Positions 22,520-35,879 of a DNA stretch of 64,000 nt are shown here, piece by piece. Under the pieces are notes generated by a model that saw nothing but the letters and a program-made list of their open reading frames with translations, made no database searches and had not been told where the DNA came from. Both the position numbers and the translations under genes were made by a program. Source of the stretch: Scenedesmus sp. PABB004 (Eukaryota). Each line of letters starts with the position of its first letter. The stretch's first letter is position 1. Location of the stretch: NCBI GenBank assembly GCA_014905635.1, contig JABVCE010000017.1, positions 248,001 through 312,000 of the forward strand, given 5' to 3'.

Positions 22520-23981
22520 CTACGAGGCGCCGGTCGCCTCGCCCTCCTCCTCCGCCACGGGCTCCAGCGCCTCCAGCGCGGTGCTGCTCGCGGCGGCCGC
22601 CGACTGCTCCTCGTCCGTCGCCTCGACGTCAGAGTCGGCTGCGGCGGCGGCGGCGGCGGCGCGGCGACGGTCAACGGCGGCGGCGTGGCGATGGCCGCGG
22701 CGGGGCGGCGGGGCGGGTATGGCAGCGCGCCTCACCCAGCGCGTTGGCCTGCAGCAGCTGCCCGCCGTACACCAGCCGCCACTCGTGGGCCTGCGCGCGG
22801 CGGCGCACGCAGCGGTCGGGCCCGCGCATCTGCGCGCCCTCGTTCGGGCCCGCGCGCCGCCGCGGGAGGGCCGGCCGCCCGGTGGTGGTGGCGCGCGCGC
22901 ACCATGTTGGCGCGCGCCGCGGCCTCGCACGTGGCCTTGCCAATGTCAGTGAGGAAGAGCTGCTCCCGGTCAAGCAGACCCTTCAGCAGCTTGGCCCTGC
23001 GCCGGCGGCGCCCGCGCCGGCGGCGCGCGTCGGCGGCCGCACACGCCCCCCGAGGGCCACCGCGCTGCGCGCGCCGCCGGCGCGCGCGCGCGCGCGCAGC
23101 CCCGCGCGCCTCTCTGCCGTGAAGTCAGCGTCGCAGAGGTGGCCCGCCTCGCGCCGCAGCGCGGCCGCGGCGTCGACGTAGCGGTGCAGCGGCGCGGCGA
23201 GGACCGCCAGGTCAGCGTCCATCAGCAGGTCGGCGTCAGGCTCGCCTGGCAGGTGGTGGTGGTCCGACGTCGCGGCGATGTATCGCTGCACCTGGCGGGC
23301 ACAGATGGGGGAGGGGCATGGCGCGGCGCGGGCGGGCGCGGTCGGCCGGCCTGCGCTGCCGCTGCTGCGGCGCGAGCGCGCGGCGTGCGGCGCGCCCGCG
23401 CGCCGCGCCTTGGCCACGCGCGCCGGCGGCACGCCCGCGGGCAGCAGCAGCTCGCCCGCGAGCGCCGCGCTGTCGGCCTCGTTCGTGGCGCTGCCGGGGA
23501 CGAGCACCGCGTCGTGCAGCCACACCTGCGGCCGGCCGCCCCCGCGCGGCGCGGGGCGGCGTCAGCACTCGCTCGCACGGGCCTGGCCCCCGGGGCCTGC
23601 CCCTCGTGCGCGCGGCGGCCGCGGCGGGCGCGGCGCCGGCGATCAAACAGCCGCCGCCGCCGCCGCACCGCCCAGTCGACCGCGGTCGGGTCTTCAAGCA
23701 CGCAGCCGGCCTTGACGGCGCGGCGGATGAAGTCGAAGCAGCAGGCCAGGTGCGCGAGCGTGTGGTAGTGCCGGTCAGCTGCGCGGCGCGGCGCGGCGCG
23801 CGCGTCGGCGGCGCTGCGTTGGCGGGGCCGAGCGGCGCACCCGCTGCCGCGCCGGGCGCGCGCCCGCCGGCGCACCCGCGCTGTGCCGGGACTCGATCTG
23901 CTGCCAGAGGGAGGCCCGGCGCTCCTCTGGGATGCCCTCGGCGTCGCAGGTCTGCTGGAAGCGGTCGAGGAGGCCCGCCAT
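22520..23981 (-). CDS. HD-superfamily metal-dependent phosphohydrolase (COG4339-like)
   Basis: Motifs DRHYHTLAHL, WLHDAV...NEADSA, IAATSDH, LMDADLAVL, LRREAGHL and LLDREQLFLT appear in the expected order across spliced exons, followed by an acidic C-terminal tail. Confidence 0.85.
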
Positions 23982-24653
23982 CGCGCCGGCGGGGCCGCCC
24001 GCCGCTGCCGCCGCCCGCGCGGGCGCGGGCGCGCGGCGCTGCCGCTGCCTGCCGCTCGAAGGGCGCGGCGAGGCCGTCCTCCGCCCGCCTGGGCGGTCCT
24101 CGCAGCCTGCTGTGCGGCCGCTGGGGCGTGGGGCGCCGGGGATGCGGTGCTGCTGCGCCGACCTGCCGCTGCGCAGCGCCTCCCGATCCGCGCGAAGACG
24201 TGTTCGGCGATCGACGTACCGCGCGAAGGAGCGCCTCGCTAGGCGCTGAAGGCAAGCCCGCACGCGAGAGCGCGGAGGCGGAGGGCTTGCGCGGACAGCG
24301 CCGTGCGGCGAGGGGACGAGCGGAGCTTCACGCGCTGGAGGTCGCCGGCTCTCTGGAGCGCCGGCGCCGGCGCGGGCGGCGCCTTGCGCCGCACCGCGCC
24401 GCCGGACCGCCGCTGCCGCGCGCCCGTCCGCCGCGGACGGGCGCCTGGCGCGGACGGTCCGCGCCAGGCCGCGTGTCGAGCTGTTGCCGCAGACCCCCCC
24501 CCGCCGCCCCTCCCTGCGCAGCCCCCAAGTTGTCAGCCGGCAGACCCACCCCTGCGCCCACCACCCCTCGCGCCAGCCCAGCCACACTGCCGGCCCCCTC
24601 GTGTCGTGCCGCCCGCCGCGCGCGCCGCGCCGCCGCGCCGCCGCCAGCGCGCG

Positions 24654-27394
24654 CTAGCGCCCGCCGTAGCGGCTGCTGCCGTAGCGGCTGTCGCGCCCCC
24701 GGCTGCGGCTGCGGCTGCGGCTCCGGCTCCGGCTGCGCCGGTCGCGGTAGCGGTCGCTGTAGCGCCCGCGGTCGCGGCTGCGGCTCCGGCTGCGGCTGCG
24801 GCTCCGGCTGCGCGAGCGGCCGCGCCGGTCGCGGTCGTCGTAGCCTGCGGCGCGGGCCGGCGCGGCGGCGGCGGTCGGCGCGCGCGCGCGCCGCGCCGCA
24901 CGCAGGCGCGACCGCCCTCGCCCGCCACGCCCCCTCGCCCGCCACGCCCCCTCCCGCGGCCGCGCCCCCGCCGCGCGCCCCTCACCGCCGCGCCGGTCAT
25001 AGCGGTCGTCGCGCCGGCGGTCGCGGTCGTCGTAGCCTGGCGGCGGCGGCAATGGCAGCGGCGGCGGCCGGCGGCGGTCAACGCGGGGGCCGGCCGGGCG
25101 GGCGGCGGGGGCGCGGGCACGCGGAGAGTGCAGCGCTGCGCGCTTGGGGGCCCCGCGCCGCCGCGCCACCGCACCGCCGCGCCGGTCATAGCGCCCGCGG
25201 TCGTCGTCGTAGCGGCGGCGATCGCGGTCGTCGTAGCCTGTGCACGCGGCGGCGGCGGCGCGCGGCGTGAGCGCGCGGCGCGGGCCAGCGACCGCGCGGG
25301 CCGCTGCCCCGCCCGCGCGCGTGCCCGCGCCGCACCGCCGCGCCCGACGCGCTCGTCGCCGCCGTCGGTGCGGCGGCCCGACTTGGGGTCGTAGTTCTGC
25401 GCCGGGGCGGGGCGGGGCGGCGCGGGCACGCGGGCGTCGGCGGCCGCGCGCCGCTTCAGCCCTCGCCCACTCGCCCCCCACGCCGCACGCAGACAACAAT
25501 CAAATGCAACACGCGCGCCCATGAGCCCAGGGCCTCCCACCCAGGCCTGCCACCCACCAGGGGCGAGAGCTTGACGATGTGCCCGTCCAGCGCCGCGCCG
25601 GTGAGCTTGTCGCACGCGTCCTCGCACTGGGAGAGGCTCGAATACTCGCCGATGCTGCGGCGCGCGGCGCGGCGGCGGCGCGGCGGCACAGCGGCAGCGG
25701 CACAGCGGCGGCGACAACTCTCAGTTGGTTTGAGAAGCACGACGGCGACAGGCGCGCGCGTACAGACGCGGGCGCGGGCGCGGGGCACGGGCGCAGGGCA
25801 CGGGGCGCGGCGGGCGGCGGCGCGGGCGGCGGCGCGGGCGGCGGCGCGGGCGGTGGCAGGCGCGGGCGGCGGCGCGGGCGACGGGCGCGGGCGCGCACCC
25901 GACGCCGTCGCGGTCGACGTTGGCGTACGTCACCGTCCCCGCCTGGCGCAGGAAGTCCTTCAGCGTCCTGCAAGGCGGCGGGCGCGCCGCGGGGCGGGGT
26001 GGGGGCGGGCGCGGGCGCCGCGCGCGGCGGCTCGGGAGCGCGCGAGAGCAGGGGCGCGGCGCGGCGCGCGGCGCGCGCGGCGCGGCGCGGCGCGCACGGC
26101 CATCCGACGCCGGGGCCGAGGCCGGTGATGCGCACGCGGAAGCCAATGACGGGCGGCCCGCGGCCGTAGCCCGGCCCAGGCGGCCGCCGGTCTGCGCGCC
26201 GGACGACGCGGACGCGCGTCGGTGCGCGCGCGCCGGGCGCCGCCGCGCGCCCCGCCGCCGCGCCCCGCCGCCGGGCACCCGCGCGCCCGCGCCGCTGCGC
26301 CGCCGCACCGTCGTAGCGGTCGCGGTCGTAACGGTCGCGGTCGTAGCCGCCGCCGCCGCCGTAGCCGCCGCCGCCGTAGCCGCCGCCGCCGCCGCCGCGG
26401 TTGTGGGTGTACTTCTTCTCGTTGGCGCGGTCGACCTTGACAGCGTTGCCGAGCAGCAGCGAGCCGTCCATCTGTCGCGGCGGCGCGTTTGAATGCGCGT
26501 CAGCGTCGCGGCGCGCGGCGGCGCAGCGCGGCGCGGCCCGACGCGGCGCCGCGCGCCGCCGGCCGCGGCGGCGGCAGCGGCGGGCCGTGCGCACGAGGGG
26601 AGCGAGTCCCGGGCGAGCCCAGGGCGGGCCCAGCTTGCGCGACCAGGGGGACGGCCAAAACAGCGGCCACGCGCGCGCGCGAGGGAGGGAGGGGCCAGTG
26701 CCAGGACGGGCGCGGGAGGCGGACCACCAGACCACCCCGTTGAGCGCGCGCGGGCGGAGGGCGGGCTGCCGCCACGGACGCAGGCGCGACCAGCGAGCCA
26801 GGGGGGGAGCCACGGGACCAATGCGAGCCAGGCGAGCCAGGCGGGACCAGGGCCGAGGCGCCGCCGCCCAGCGCCAGGGACGCGATCGCGCGCGCTGAAC
26901 GCTCGGCCGGCGGCGGTCGCTGACCGGCGCAGCCCACCTTGCTCATCGCGTGGTCCACGGCGTCCCAGCTCTCAAACTCGACGAAGCCGTAGCCCTTGAT
27001 GCGCCCGCCGCCCGGCTCGCGCGGCATCTGCGGCGCGCGCGCGCGCGCGCGTGAGCAGCGCCGCCGCTGCTGCTGTCGCGCCGCGCGCCGCCGCGCGGCC
27101 CGTAAACGCCGCCGCGGCGCCCGGCCGGCTCACCATGACGTCCACGACCTTGCCGCAGGCCTCGAAGTGGTCCCTGACGTCGCCGTCGCGCGTGTCAAAG
27201 TGCAGGTTGCCGACAAAGATCTTGGGCCGCGCGTCCAGGCTGTCCGGCCGCGCCCGCTTGGGCGGCGGCCCTCCATCACGACCGCTGCGGCTGCGGCTGC
27301 GGCTGCGGCTCGCGCTGCGGCTGGCGCTGCGCCCGCGCGGGCTGGGGCGGGGGCTCGGGCGCGGGCTGCGGCTGGGCTCCCGCTCCTGCGACAT
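24654..27394 (-). CDS. SR-family splicing factor (RRM + pseudo-RRM, RS domains)
   Basis: N-terminal RS stretch. RRM1 KIFVGNL...KGYGFVEF. RRM2 FRVRITGLGPGVGWPTLKDFLRQAG (variant of the SWQDLKD motif). C-terminal RSRSRSRS. Confidence 0.9.
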
Positions 27395-28374
27395 GTCGCG
27401 CCACTGGGCGGTCGCCCGCGGTCGGCCGGCGAGCTGCGGCGCCGGACTGCCCGGGCGCGGCGGGCGGCGGCGCGCTGTGTGCGCGGCAGCGGCGGTGCAG
27501 CGGCGGCGCGGGCCCGCGCCTGCGCCCCGGCGCCCGCGCGCGCGGCGCTGCTCAGACCGGGCCACGGCACCGGCCTGGAGGAGGGCCTGAGACGTGGTGG
27601 CGCTCGAGTCGGAGCGGCGGCGGCCAGGGCGGGGCGGCCAGGGCGGGCGCGGCGGGCGGTGCCGCACTCGGTCGGTGGGCCTGCGCCGCCGGCCTCGAGC
27701 TCGCCGCCGAGCTGCAGGCCGCACCCAGCCGCCCACAGGTGCACCTGCTGCAGCTGCCAGCGCTCCGCAAACGTCGCTCGGCCCCACTGCTCGGCGCGCG
27801 CCGCCACCTGGTCCGCGCACCGCCGCGTCCCAGGACAGGGGGTCTCACAGCTGCTGCGGATGGACGCCAGGGCTTGCCAGCTTTCTGGCAGGCCAGACGG
27901 CGGCGGCGGCGGCGTGCGCGAGCCGCGCGCCAACCCCTGAAACTCCGACCGCCACCCGCGTAGGAAACAGTTCGAGCGCGCATTTTTCGCTGCTCCACGC
28001 GTGCGTGCGAGCCGCGTGGCGCTGCGGCGCCCGCGCCCCCGCGCGCCAACTGCCGCCGCGACGCCGCGCCGCCCGATCGGCCGCGGCGCGGGCGCCCAGG
28101 AGCAAGCTACGGCGGTCGCAGGGCGCTGCGAAGCGCGCGGGCGAGTCCTGTCACAGGGCCGGGTTCTCGGCCAGCCACGGCCCGCCCGCCTGCCGGCCCG
28201 CGCCGGCCCCCCGCCCGCCCCCGCCCTGGCCGCCCCACACGCCGCGCCCCCGACTCGAGCGCCACCTCCCGGGCCCACCAGGCCGGCGGCATGGCCCCCA
28301 GCGTGTGAGCGGCAGCGCGTCTGGCAGCCCAGCTGGGCAGCAGGGCTGGCTGCGGCGCCATGCGCGGCGGACAC

Positions 28375-31300
28375 ATGTCCTACGACGGCGACGAGCTCAC
28401 CAAGGGCAGCTGGACCCCGGAGGTGCGCCGGCGGCGGCGGGCGGCGCGCCGGCAGCAGCGGCCCGCGCCGCCCGGCCCCGCGCCGCGGCCGCGCCGCGCC
28501 GGCGCAGCTCGCGGCGCCGGGTGGGGGCTGGCACGCTCACTCCCCGCGCGCCCCGCAGGAGGATGAGGCGCTCAAGCGCCAGGTGGCGCGCCTGGGCGCG
28601 CGCAACTGGAGCCTGGTGGCCCGGGCCATCCCGGGGCGATCGGGCAAGAGCTGCCGGCTCAGGTGCGGCAGGAAGCGTGCTGGCAGCTTCACCCGGGCGG
28701 GCAGGGCGTGCGGGGGCCCGAGGCGGCAGAAATTGGCGCCCGGGGCGCTCGACATGCGCGACGGCCGCCCGCGGGCGCCCGGGGGCGACAGTACTCCCGG
28801 GCGGGCGGGGGCAGGTCGGCCGGCTTTGGTGCCAGCCCCCCGCCCCGCGCCCGAGCTGCGCCGCGGCCTGTGGCGGTGATGGTTGGGGCCGCTGGCCAAC
28901 CACCCGCCACCGGCCGCAGCGGCGCCGCGGCGCCGCGGCGACGGGTCATCCGGGCGCGGGGCAGCCCACCGCGCCTCACGGGCGCCTGGCGGGGCGCGCG
29001 CAGGCGCCTGGCGGGCCGGGCCAGGCCTGCCATGGCGCCGCGCGCCCGCCCGGCGCGGCGTGGCGGCGCTGCAGGCGCCGCGGCGCCCACCAGGCGCGGG
29101 ACGCATTATGCCCAGCACGATGGCGCAGTACCCGCGCCCCTGCGAGCCGGGGGGCGGGGCGGGTGGTCCGTTTGCGGGGCCTGCCGCCCGAGGCGCGCGC
29201 CCCGAGCTGCCCGGCAGCTTCCAGGCGCTGCCAGGCGCCCCTCCCGGCCGGCCGGTGGCGGCGGCGGCGCGGCGGCGCCGCCGGGCGCCGCGGCGGGCGG
29301 CCGACCAGCGGCGACCAGCGCCACCCGCCGCGCACCCGCCGCAGCAGCAGGCCCCCATGGCCTGCTGCCTGCTCCTCCCCCTGCCCCGCCGCCGCAGCAC
29401 CGCGCCGACGGCCCCGCCCGCCCCGCCCCCGCCCCCGCCGCACCGCGCGCGACGCGCCGCCAGGTGGCTGAACCAGCTCAACCCCAACGTCCGCAAGGGC
29501 CCCTTCTCGGCTGAGGAGGACGCCGCCATCATGGCGGCGCACGCCATCTTCGGCAACAAGTGGGCCAGCATCGCAAAGCTGCTGCCGGGCAGGTGCGCGG
29601 CGGCGGCGCTCTCTGCGAGCGAGCGCTCGCAGGACGGCGGCCGCGCCGCAGCTCGCGCTCGCGCTCGCGCGCCGTCCTGCAAGCAAACCCTGCAAGTTAA
29701 ACCCTGCGCCGCTCGCTTGCAGGACGGACAACGCCGTCAAGAACCACTGGAACAGCACGCTGAAGCGCCGCCGCGCCGACTACGCGCCCGGCGGGCCGCT
29801 CGACGTCTCGGCCGTCACCGCGGCGCTGCAGCGCCGCCTCGCGGCGCCCGGCGGCGACGACGGTGCGCCGCCGGCGCCGGCGCCGCCGCCGCCGCCGCCG
29901 CGCGCGCCGGGGCCCGCCGCCGCCGCCCCGCGCGCCGCGCCCGACCTGCCCGCGCGCGACCGCGTCCGCGTCCGCCGCGCAGACGAGGGCGACGACGAGC
30001 TGCAGCAGCTGCTGCAGCAGTTCAACGGCCTCGAGTCGACGGAGACGTTTGAGACCGACCCGACGGCGCCCAGCAATGGCCGCCTCACGGCGGCCGCGGC
30101 CGCGGCGGCGGCGCAGCACCACAACGTGACGCTGCACCACCTCGCCGGCGCGGGCGGCGGCACGAAGCGCGGCCGGCCCGGCGACGGCGGCGGCGGGCCG
30201 AGCCCCGGCCCGCTGAGCCGCGAGGGCCTGGCCGCGGCGGCGGCGGGCTTCCGCGAGGGGCCCAGCCCAAGCGGCCGCGGCCGCGGCGCGCGCCGCGGCG
30301 GCGGCGGCGGCGGCCCGCCCGCCGGCTGGGGCGCCGCCCGCGGCGGCGCCGGGGGTGGCCGCAGCGGCCGCAGCGGCGGCTACACGGACGACCCAGACTG
30401 GGACGAGGCGGAGGAGGAGCTGGAGCACGAGGGCGCGTGGGGCCAGCACGCGGGCTGGGGCGGCGGCGGCAGCGGGCTGCAGGAGCAGCAGCTCGGCGGC
30501 CACCACGGCGCGCTCGCGCGGCGGCACTCCTTCCCCGCGCAGCGCTCGCCGCACCACTCGCTCGGGCTGCTGCTGAGCGCGAGCAGCGCCGGCCTGATCA
30601 GCCCGGGGCGAGGGCTCACGGGCGCGCTCGACGCGGTCGCGGCGGTCGCGGCGGCGGAGCTGCAGGCGAGCAGCAGCAGCGGGAGCCACGCCGACGCGGC
30701 GGACGCCGCCGCCGCGGCCACGACCACGACGTGCGGCCCCCGCGGCGACGGCGGCGGCCCCGGCCTGCTGGCGCTGAGCGGGCTCGACTCGCTGCACGCG
30801 GCGGCCGCGCTGGCCAGCCCGGCGGCGGCCAAGGCCGCGGCGGCGGCCGCCGCCGCGCTCGGCGCCGATCCCGCGGCCGCGGCGGCGGGCTACGGCCCCG
30901 CCGCGGCGGCGGCCGCGGCCGCGGCGGCTGCAGCGGCCGCGGCCGCCGCGGCCGCGGGCGGCGAGTGCCCCGGCAGCGGCGGGCGCTCCACGCCCAGCCG
31001 CGCGGCGCAGCGGCGGCTCATGCAGCAGCAGCTGGAGCAGCTCGGGCTGCAGGCGGGGCTGGAGCCCGCGGCGGCGGCCGCCGCCGCGGCGGCGGCCGCC
31101 GCCGCGGCGGCGGCGGCCGCTGCCGCCGCCGCCGGCATCGACGAGAGTGACGAGGACGGCGAGGACGACGACGGCGGCGGCGGCGACGACGGCGACGGCG
31201 ACGGCGCGGCGGGCGGCGGCGTGCGCCGCAGCGCGCGGCCCAAGAAGCGCCGCTGCTGGAGCGGCGAGCTCGGCAGCTCGAGCGGCGACGAGCGCGGGCC

Positions 31301-33226
31301 GAGCGGCGGCGACGGCGAGGGCGGCAGCGGCAACGAGGCGACGCCGCTCAGCCTCGCCGCCACGGCGCGGCTGGCGGGACTCGACCCCCGCGGCACCCCC
31401 GGCTTTGGCGGCGGCGGCGAGCTCGCAGGGCCGATAGGCGGCGTGACGTTCAACGCGCGCGGCCTGCCCGTGCCGCTGCCCTCGGGCGCGCGGCAGCCGT
31501 CGCCGCGCAGCGCGCGCGGCGGGCGCGGCGGCGGGCGCGGCGGCGGCGGCGGCGGCGCGCCGGGGCGCAGCCCGCGCGACTGCGCGGCGGTGTACCGCGG
31601 CGCGGCCGCGACGGTCGGCCTGGACCTGTCGGGCGCGCTGGGCGGCGGCGGGGCGCCGTACCTGCCGCTCGCGCCGGCGGGCGGCTCGGAGCCGCTGCCC
31701 GAGGGCCACCGCGGCGGCGCGTCGCCCGGCGGCGGCCGCGGCGGCGCGCTGCTGCCGGGCCTCGCGCGCTGGCAGGCCGCCGGCGCCGGCTCTGGCGCCG
31801 GCGCGGCGCAGCGCCTCGGCGGGGGCCTGCTGGTGATCGAGCCGCTGGACCTGCACGACGCGGGGGCGCCGCAGCTGAGCGGCGGCCGCGGCGGCGGCGG
31901 CGGCGCGCCGCACGCGCAGTATCGCTCCGTCATCGGCGCGCTGCAGCCCTGGGGCTCGGCGCCGGAGCCGGGCGGCGCGGCGCGGCGCGCGGCGGCGGCC
32001 GCCGCGCGGCGCGGCGTCGACGGCGCGGCGTCGGACCACGCGGCCGAGGAGTGGGCGGCCGACGCGCTCACGCAGCTCGGGCAGGGCCCCGAGGCGCCGC
32101 GCGGCGGCGCGCCGCGCGCCGGCGGCGCCGGCGCGAGCCGCCTCGCGCGCGTCAGCGAGCACGCGCCGCCCGCGCCCGCGCCCGGGCCGGCGGCGTCGGG
32201 CAGCAGCAGCCAGCAGCTCGCGGCGGCCGCGTCAGGCATCGCGTGCATCCTGGAGAGCACGGTCGCCCACACCGTCACCGAGGCGCTGCCCCAGGTGCTC
32301 GCGGGCTTCTCCGCGGTCCTGCGCACATCGCTCGGCGCCGCCGTCGCGGCCGCGGCGGCGGCGGCGGCGGCCCCGCAGCCGGCGCGGCGGGCGCGCACGG
32401 CGCGGAGGACCTGCTCGCGGCGGCGGCGGACCGCCTCGTCGCCGCGGTGGTCGCGAGCGCCGAGCGGCTCATCTCCGGCCGCGCCGTCGCCGGCCTGCTG
32501 AGCCGCGGCACCGCCGCGGGCGCGGCGGGCGGCGGCGCCAGCGGCAGCGCGGCCGCGGCGCTCGCGGCGGCGGCGGGCGCGGCTGGCGGCCTCGACGCGG
32601 CGGCGCTGGCCGAGCCCGGCGCGGTCGGCGCGGCGCTCGTGAATGAGGAGGAGGCCGCGGCGGCGGCCGACGCCGCGGGCGCGGCGGTGCGGCTCGCGCA
32701 GCTGGACGTGCAGGGCTCGGGGCCCGAGGCTGCGCCGTCGGGCGGCGCCACCGCCGGCGGCGCGCACAGCGCGAGCCGGCGCGGCGAGGGCGCCGTGGCG
32801 GCGGGCGGCGAGGCCATGGACGTCGACTGCGGCGCCACGCCGCCCGCGGCGGCGCCGGCGGTCAAGGCCGAGCCGGCGCGCGGCGGCGGCGCGCACGCGG
32901 GCCAGCCAGGCGCGGCGTGCCGCGCGGCGGCCGAGCAGCCGCCGTCGGCGCCGGGGCTCGGGGCGCTGCTGGAGCTTAAGGCCCAGGCCAAGCTGGCAGC
33001 CGCGCAGCTCCACCAGGGCGCCGGCGGCGAGCCGGGCGTCATAACCGCCAGCTCGGGCGGCGCCGGCGCCGACGCGGGCGCCGGCGCCGCGGGCGAGGGC
33101 CCCGCGACGACGGACAGCAGCGACGAGAGCGGCGGCTCGCGCACCGCTGTGGCCGTCGCGGCCGCGGCGGCGGCGACGGGCCCGCCCGCGCCCGCGGCCC
33201 ACCTGCTCGACGCCACGGCCGCCTGA
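28375..33226 (+). CDS. R2R3-MYB transcription factor with very long low-complexity C-terminus
   Basis: KGSWTPE|EDEALK...NWSLVARAIPGRSGKSCRLR|WLNQLNPNVRKGPFSAEED...GNKWASIAKLLPGR|TDNAVKNHWNSTLKRR. The last exon has apparent frameshifts near 29890 and 32390, so the 3' end is less certain. Confidence 0.9.
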
Positions 33227-34111
33227 GCGCGCGGGCGCTCAGCTCCCGCGCGCTGCGCCGGCGCGCCCGCTGCGCCGCTCCCGGGGCGCGTGCACGCGCG
33301 CCACGCATCGCCGCGCATCGCCGCCGCGCGGCCCGAATGATCTGCACTGCCTGTGGCATGACTGAGCCTTCTGAGCCTCTCTGACCCATTCCAACGCGCC
33401 ACCCTCGCGCACTTGCGCGCTCCCGAGCAGGGAGGGCCCGCCCTGACCCGCAGCAGCACCAGCGCGCGCGCCGCCGCCGGCGGGCCCTGCGCCGCCGGCG
33501 GCGGCCGCCGGGCGCGACGCACGCACAACAAAACATGGGGCCGCCGCGCATTTCCGCGGCGCCCGCGTTGCTTCGCTTAGACCCCCCACCTAGACCCACC
33601 GAAGACTCGCAGGACCAGCGCTGGGCGAGCGCCCCCCCCTGACCCGACTCTAGCGACAGCAGCAGCAGCACCCTGCATGCGGCGAGGCATGGTTTGGCGT
33701 GGGAGTCGCGCACCCTGACGCTGGTGGCGCGCGCGTGTGTCGTGTCCGTGTGCCCATCTCCTTAGCCTCACTCATTGCGCGCGCCACACCCTGTGGTTGG
33801 CGCGGCGCATCGCCCGGGCTCGGCGCTGTACCCGTAGCGACCTGACCTGGGCGCCGTTGGCTCACCGATTGCTTCTGACCCGCCGGAGCTCCAACAAGCG
33901 CGGCGCCGCCCTGCGCGAGGCAGCGACGCCCCGCGCGCCGGCGGCCGGCGGCCTCCTGTCGGCGCTGCTGCAGGTTTTTAGATTTCATTTGACGCGTTTC
34001 ACCCCTTTTGACCACCGCAGGATGGTGACGACTGACCGGAAGAATAAGCTGTAACGGCGACGCAGGCCCGTGCGGCAGGCCACTCCCGCCACCGGCCGTC
34101 GGTTGCGCGCC

Positions 34112-35847
34112 ATGGAGGCGGCGCCGCCGCCCCGCAAGCGCGCCAAGATGGCCAGCGGCGCTGCCGCTGCCGCCGCTGCTGCCGCCGCCGACGCGCCGCC
34201 CGTGTCGGCGGTGGCCTACCGCTGGTCGCCGGGGAACGTCTTCGCTGCCATCGACGCGGGGAAGGCGCCGGCGGAGAAGATTTTCGACCGGCCGCACTGG
34301 TTCGCGCTGCTGGACAAGATGCCGGTGGCGCGCGGCCACGCGCTGCTCATCGCCAAGCACCCCGTCGCGACGCTGCTGGAGAGCGGCATGCCGCCCGAAG
34401 CGCTGGCCGACGCGCTGCCGGACCTGCAGGCGCGCCGTGCGCGGGGCGGCGAGCAGCGGCGGCGGCCGCGGCGGCTGGCGCGGCGCGGGGCCGCCGGCGC
34501 GCCCGCCGGCAGCGCACTGCGCAGTGCGGGCGCCACCAACCCTCCTTGCCCGCCCGCCGCCGCAGGCGCTCACGCGCGCGGTGCAGCGCGCCACGGGGGT
34601 GCGCGGCGTGCGGCTGCGGCAGAACAACGGCCCGGCAGCGGGCCAGGTCGTGCCGCAGCTGCACTGGCACGTGCTGCCCGTGGAGGCGCCCGAGGACGAG
34701 GTGCGTGTGTGCCTGTGCGCGCGCCGCGGGCAACGGGCGCGCGGCGGCCGCAGAGACGGCGCACCGGCCGACGCGGCCGACGCGCCGCGCGCCCGCGTTT
34801 GCAGGACGCCGCGCGCCGCGCGCCGCTGCGCGACGAGGACGCGGGGCCGCTGCTCGCGGCGCTGCGGAACGCGCTGCCGCCGGGCTACAGCGGCCCGGGC
34901 GCGCACGTGTGGGTGCCGTCGGCGGGCGCCATGGAGCGCCTCGGCTGCCTGCTGCGCGAGCTCTGCGTCCCCGGCACCGTCGTGCTGCTGCGGGGCCACC
35001 TCGGCAGCGGCAAGACCGCGATCGCCCGCGGCATCGTGCGCGCGTTCTGCAGGCGCGGCGCGGCGGCTTGCGCGCTCGCGCGTCCTGCGCGTCCCGCCGC
35101 GCGCGTGACGTGGCGTGTGACGTGTTTCTGACGACTAACGCCGCCCGTGTGTGACACGGCACGCAGGGACCCTGCCATGTTTGTGCCGAGCCCCACCTTC
35201 CTGCTCAATCTGAGCTACGAGGAGGACGTGGCGGCCGAGGAGGAGGACGGCGCCGGCGGCGCGGACGCCGCCGGCGGGGACGCGGACGCCGCCGGCGGGG
35301 GCGCGGACGGCGCGGCCGGCGCGCCACGCCGCCGCCGCCGCGCCGGCGCGGCGGTGCACCACATGGACCCCTACCGCCTCGGCATCACCGACAAGATGGC
35401 GGGGCTCATCGATTTTGAATCCGCGTTTGAACGCGACGTCTGCGTCATCGAGTGGCCCAGCAAGATGCCGGCGGGCGTCATGGCGCTGCCGCGGCGGTGC
35501 GGCGGGGCCGCGGCGCGCCGGGCGGCGGCGGGGGGAGGGGAGTGGGGTCCGGCGTGCACGCCCGGCCCCGCGCGCCGCGCGCCGACACGCCGACGCCGCC
35601 GGCCGGCCGTGCGGCGTCGCAGGCGGACGCTGGAGGTGACGATCGCAGGCACCGGCGCGCAGGCGGCGGGGCGGCTGGTGCACATCGCCTGCAGCCAGGA
35701 GGAGGCGGCGCAGCTGGCGCCGGAGCGGGATGCGCAGGGGCAGGCAGCGCAGCCGGCGCCGGAGCAGGCGCAGGAGCAGCAGGAGCAGCAGGAGCAGCAG
35801 GAGCAGCAGCCGGAGCAGCAGCAGGCGCAGGAGCAGCAGCAGCAGGC

Positions 35848-35879
<32 letters not shown>

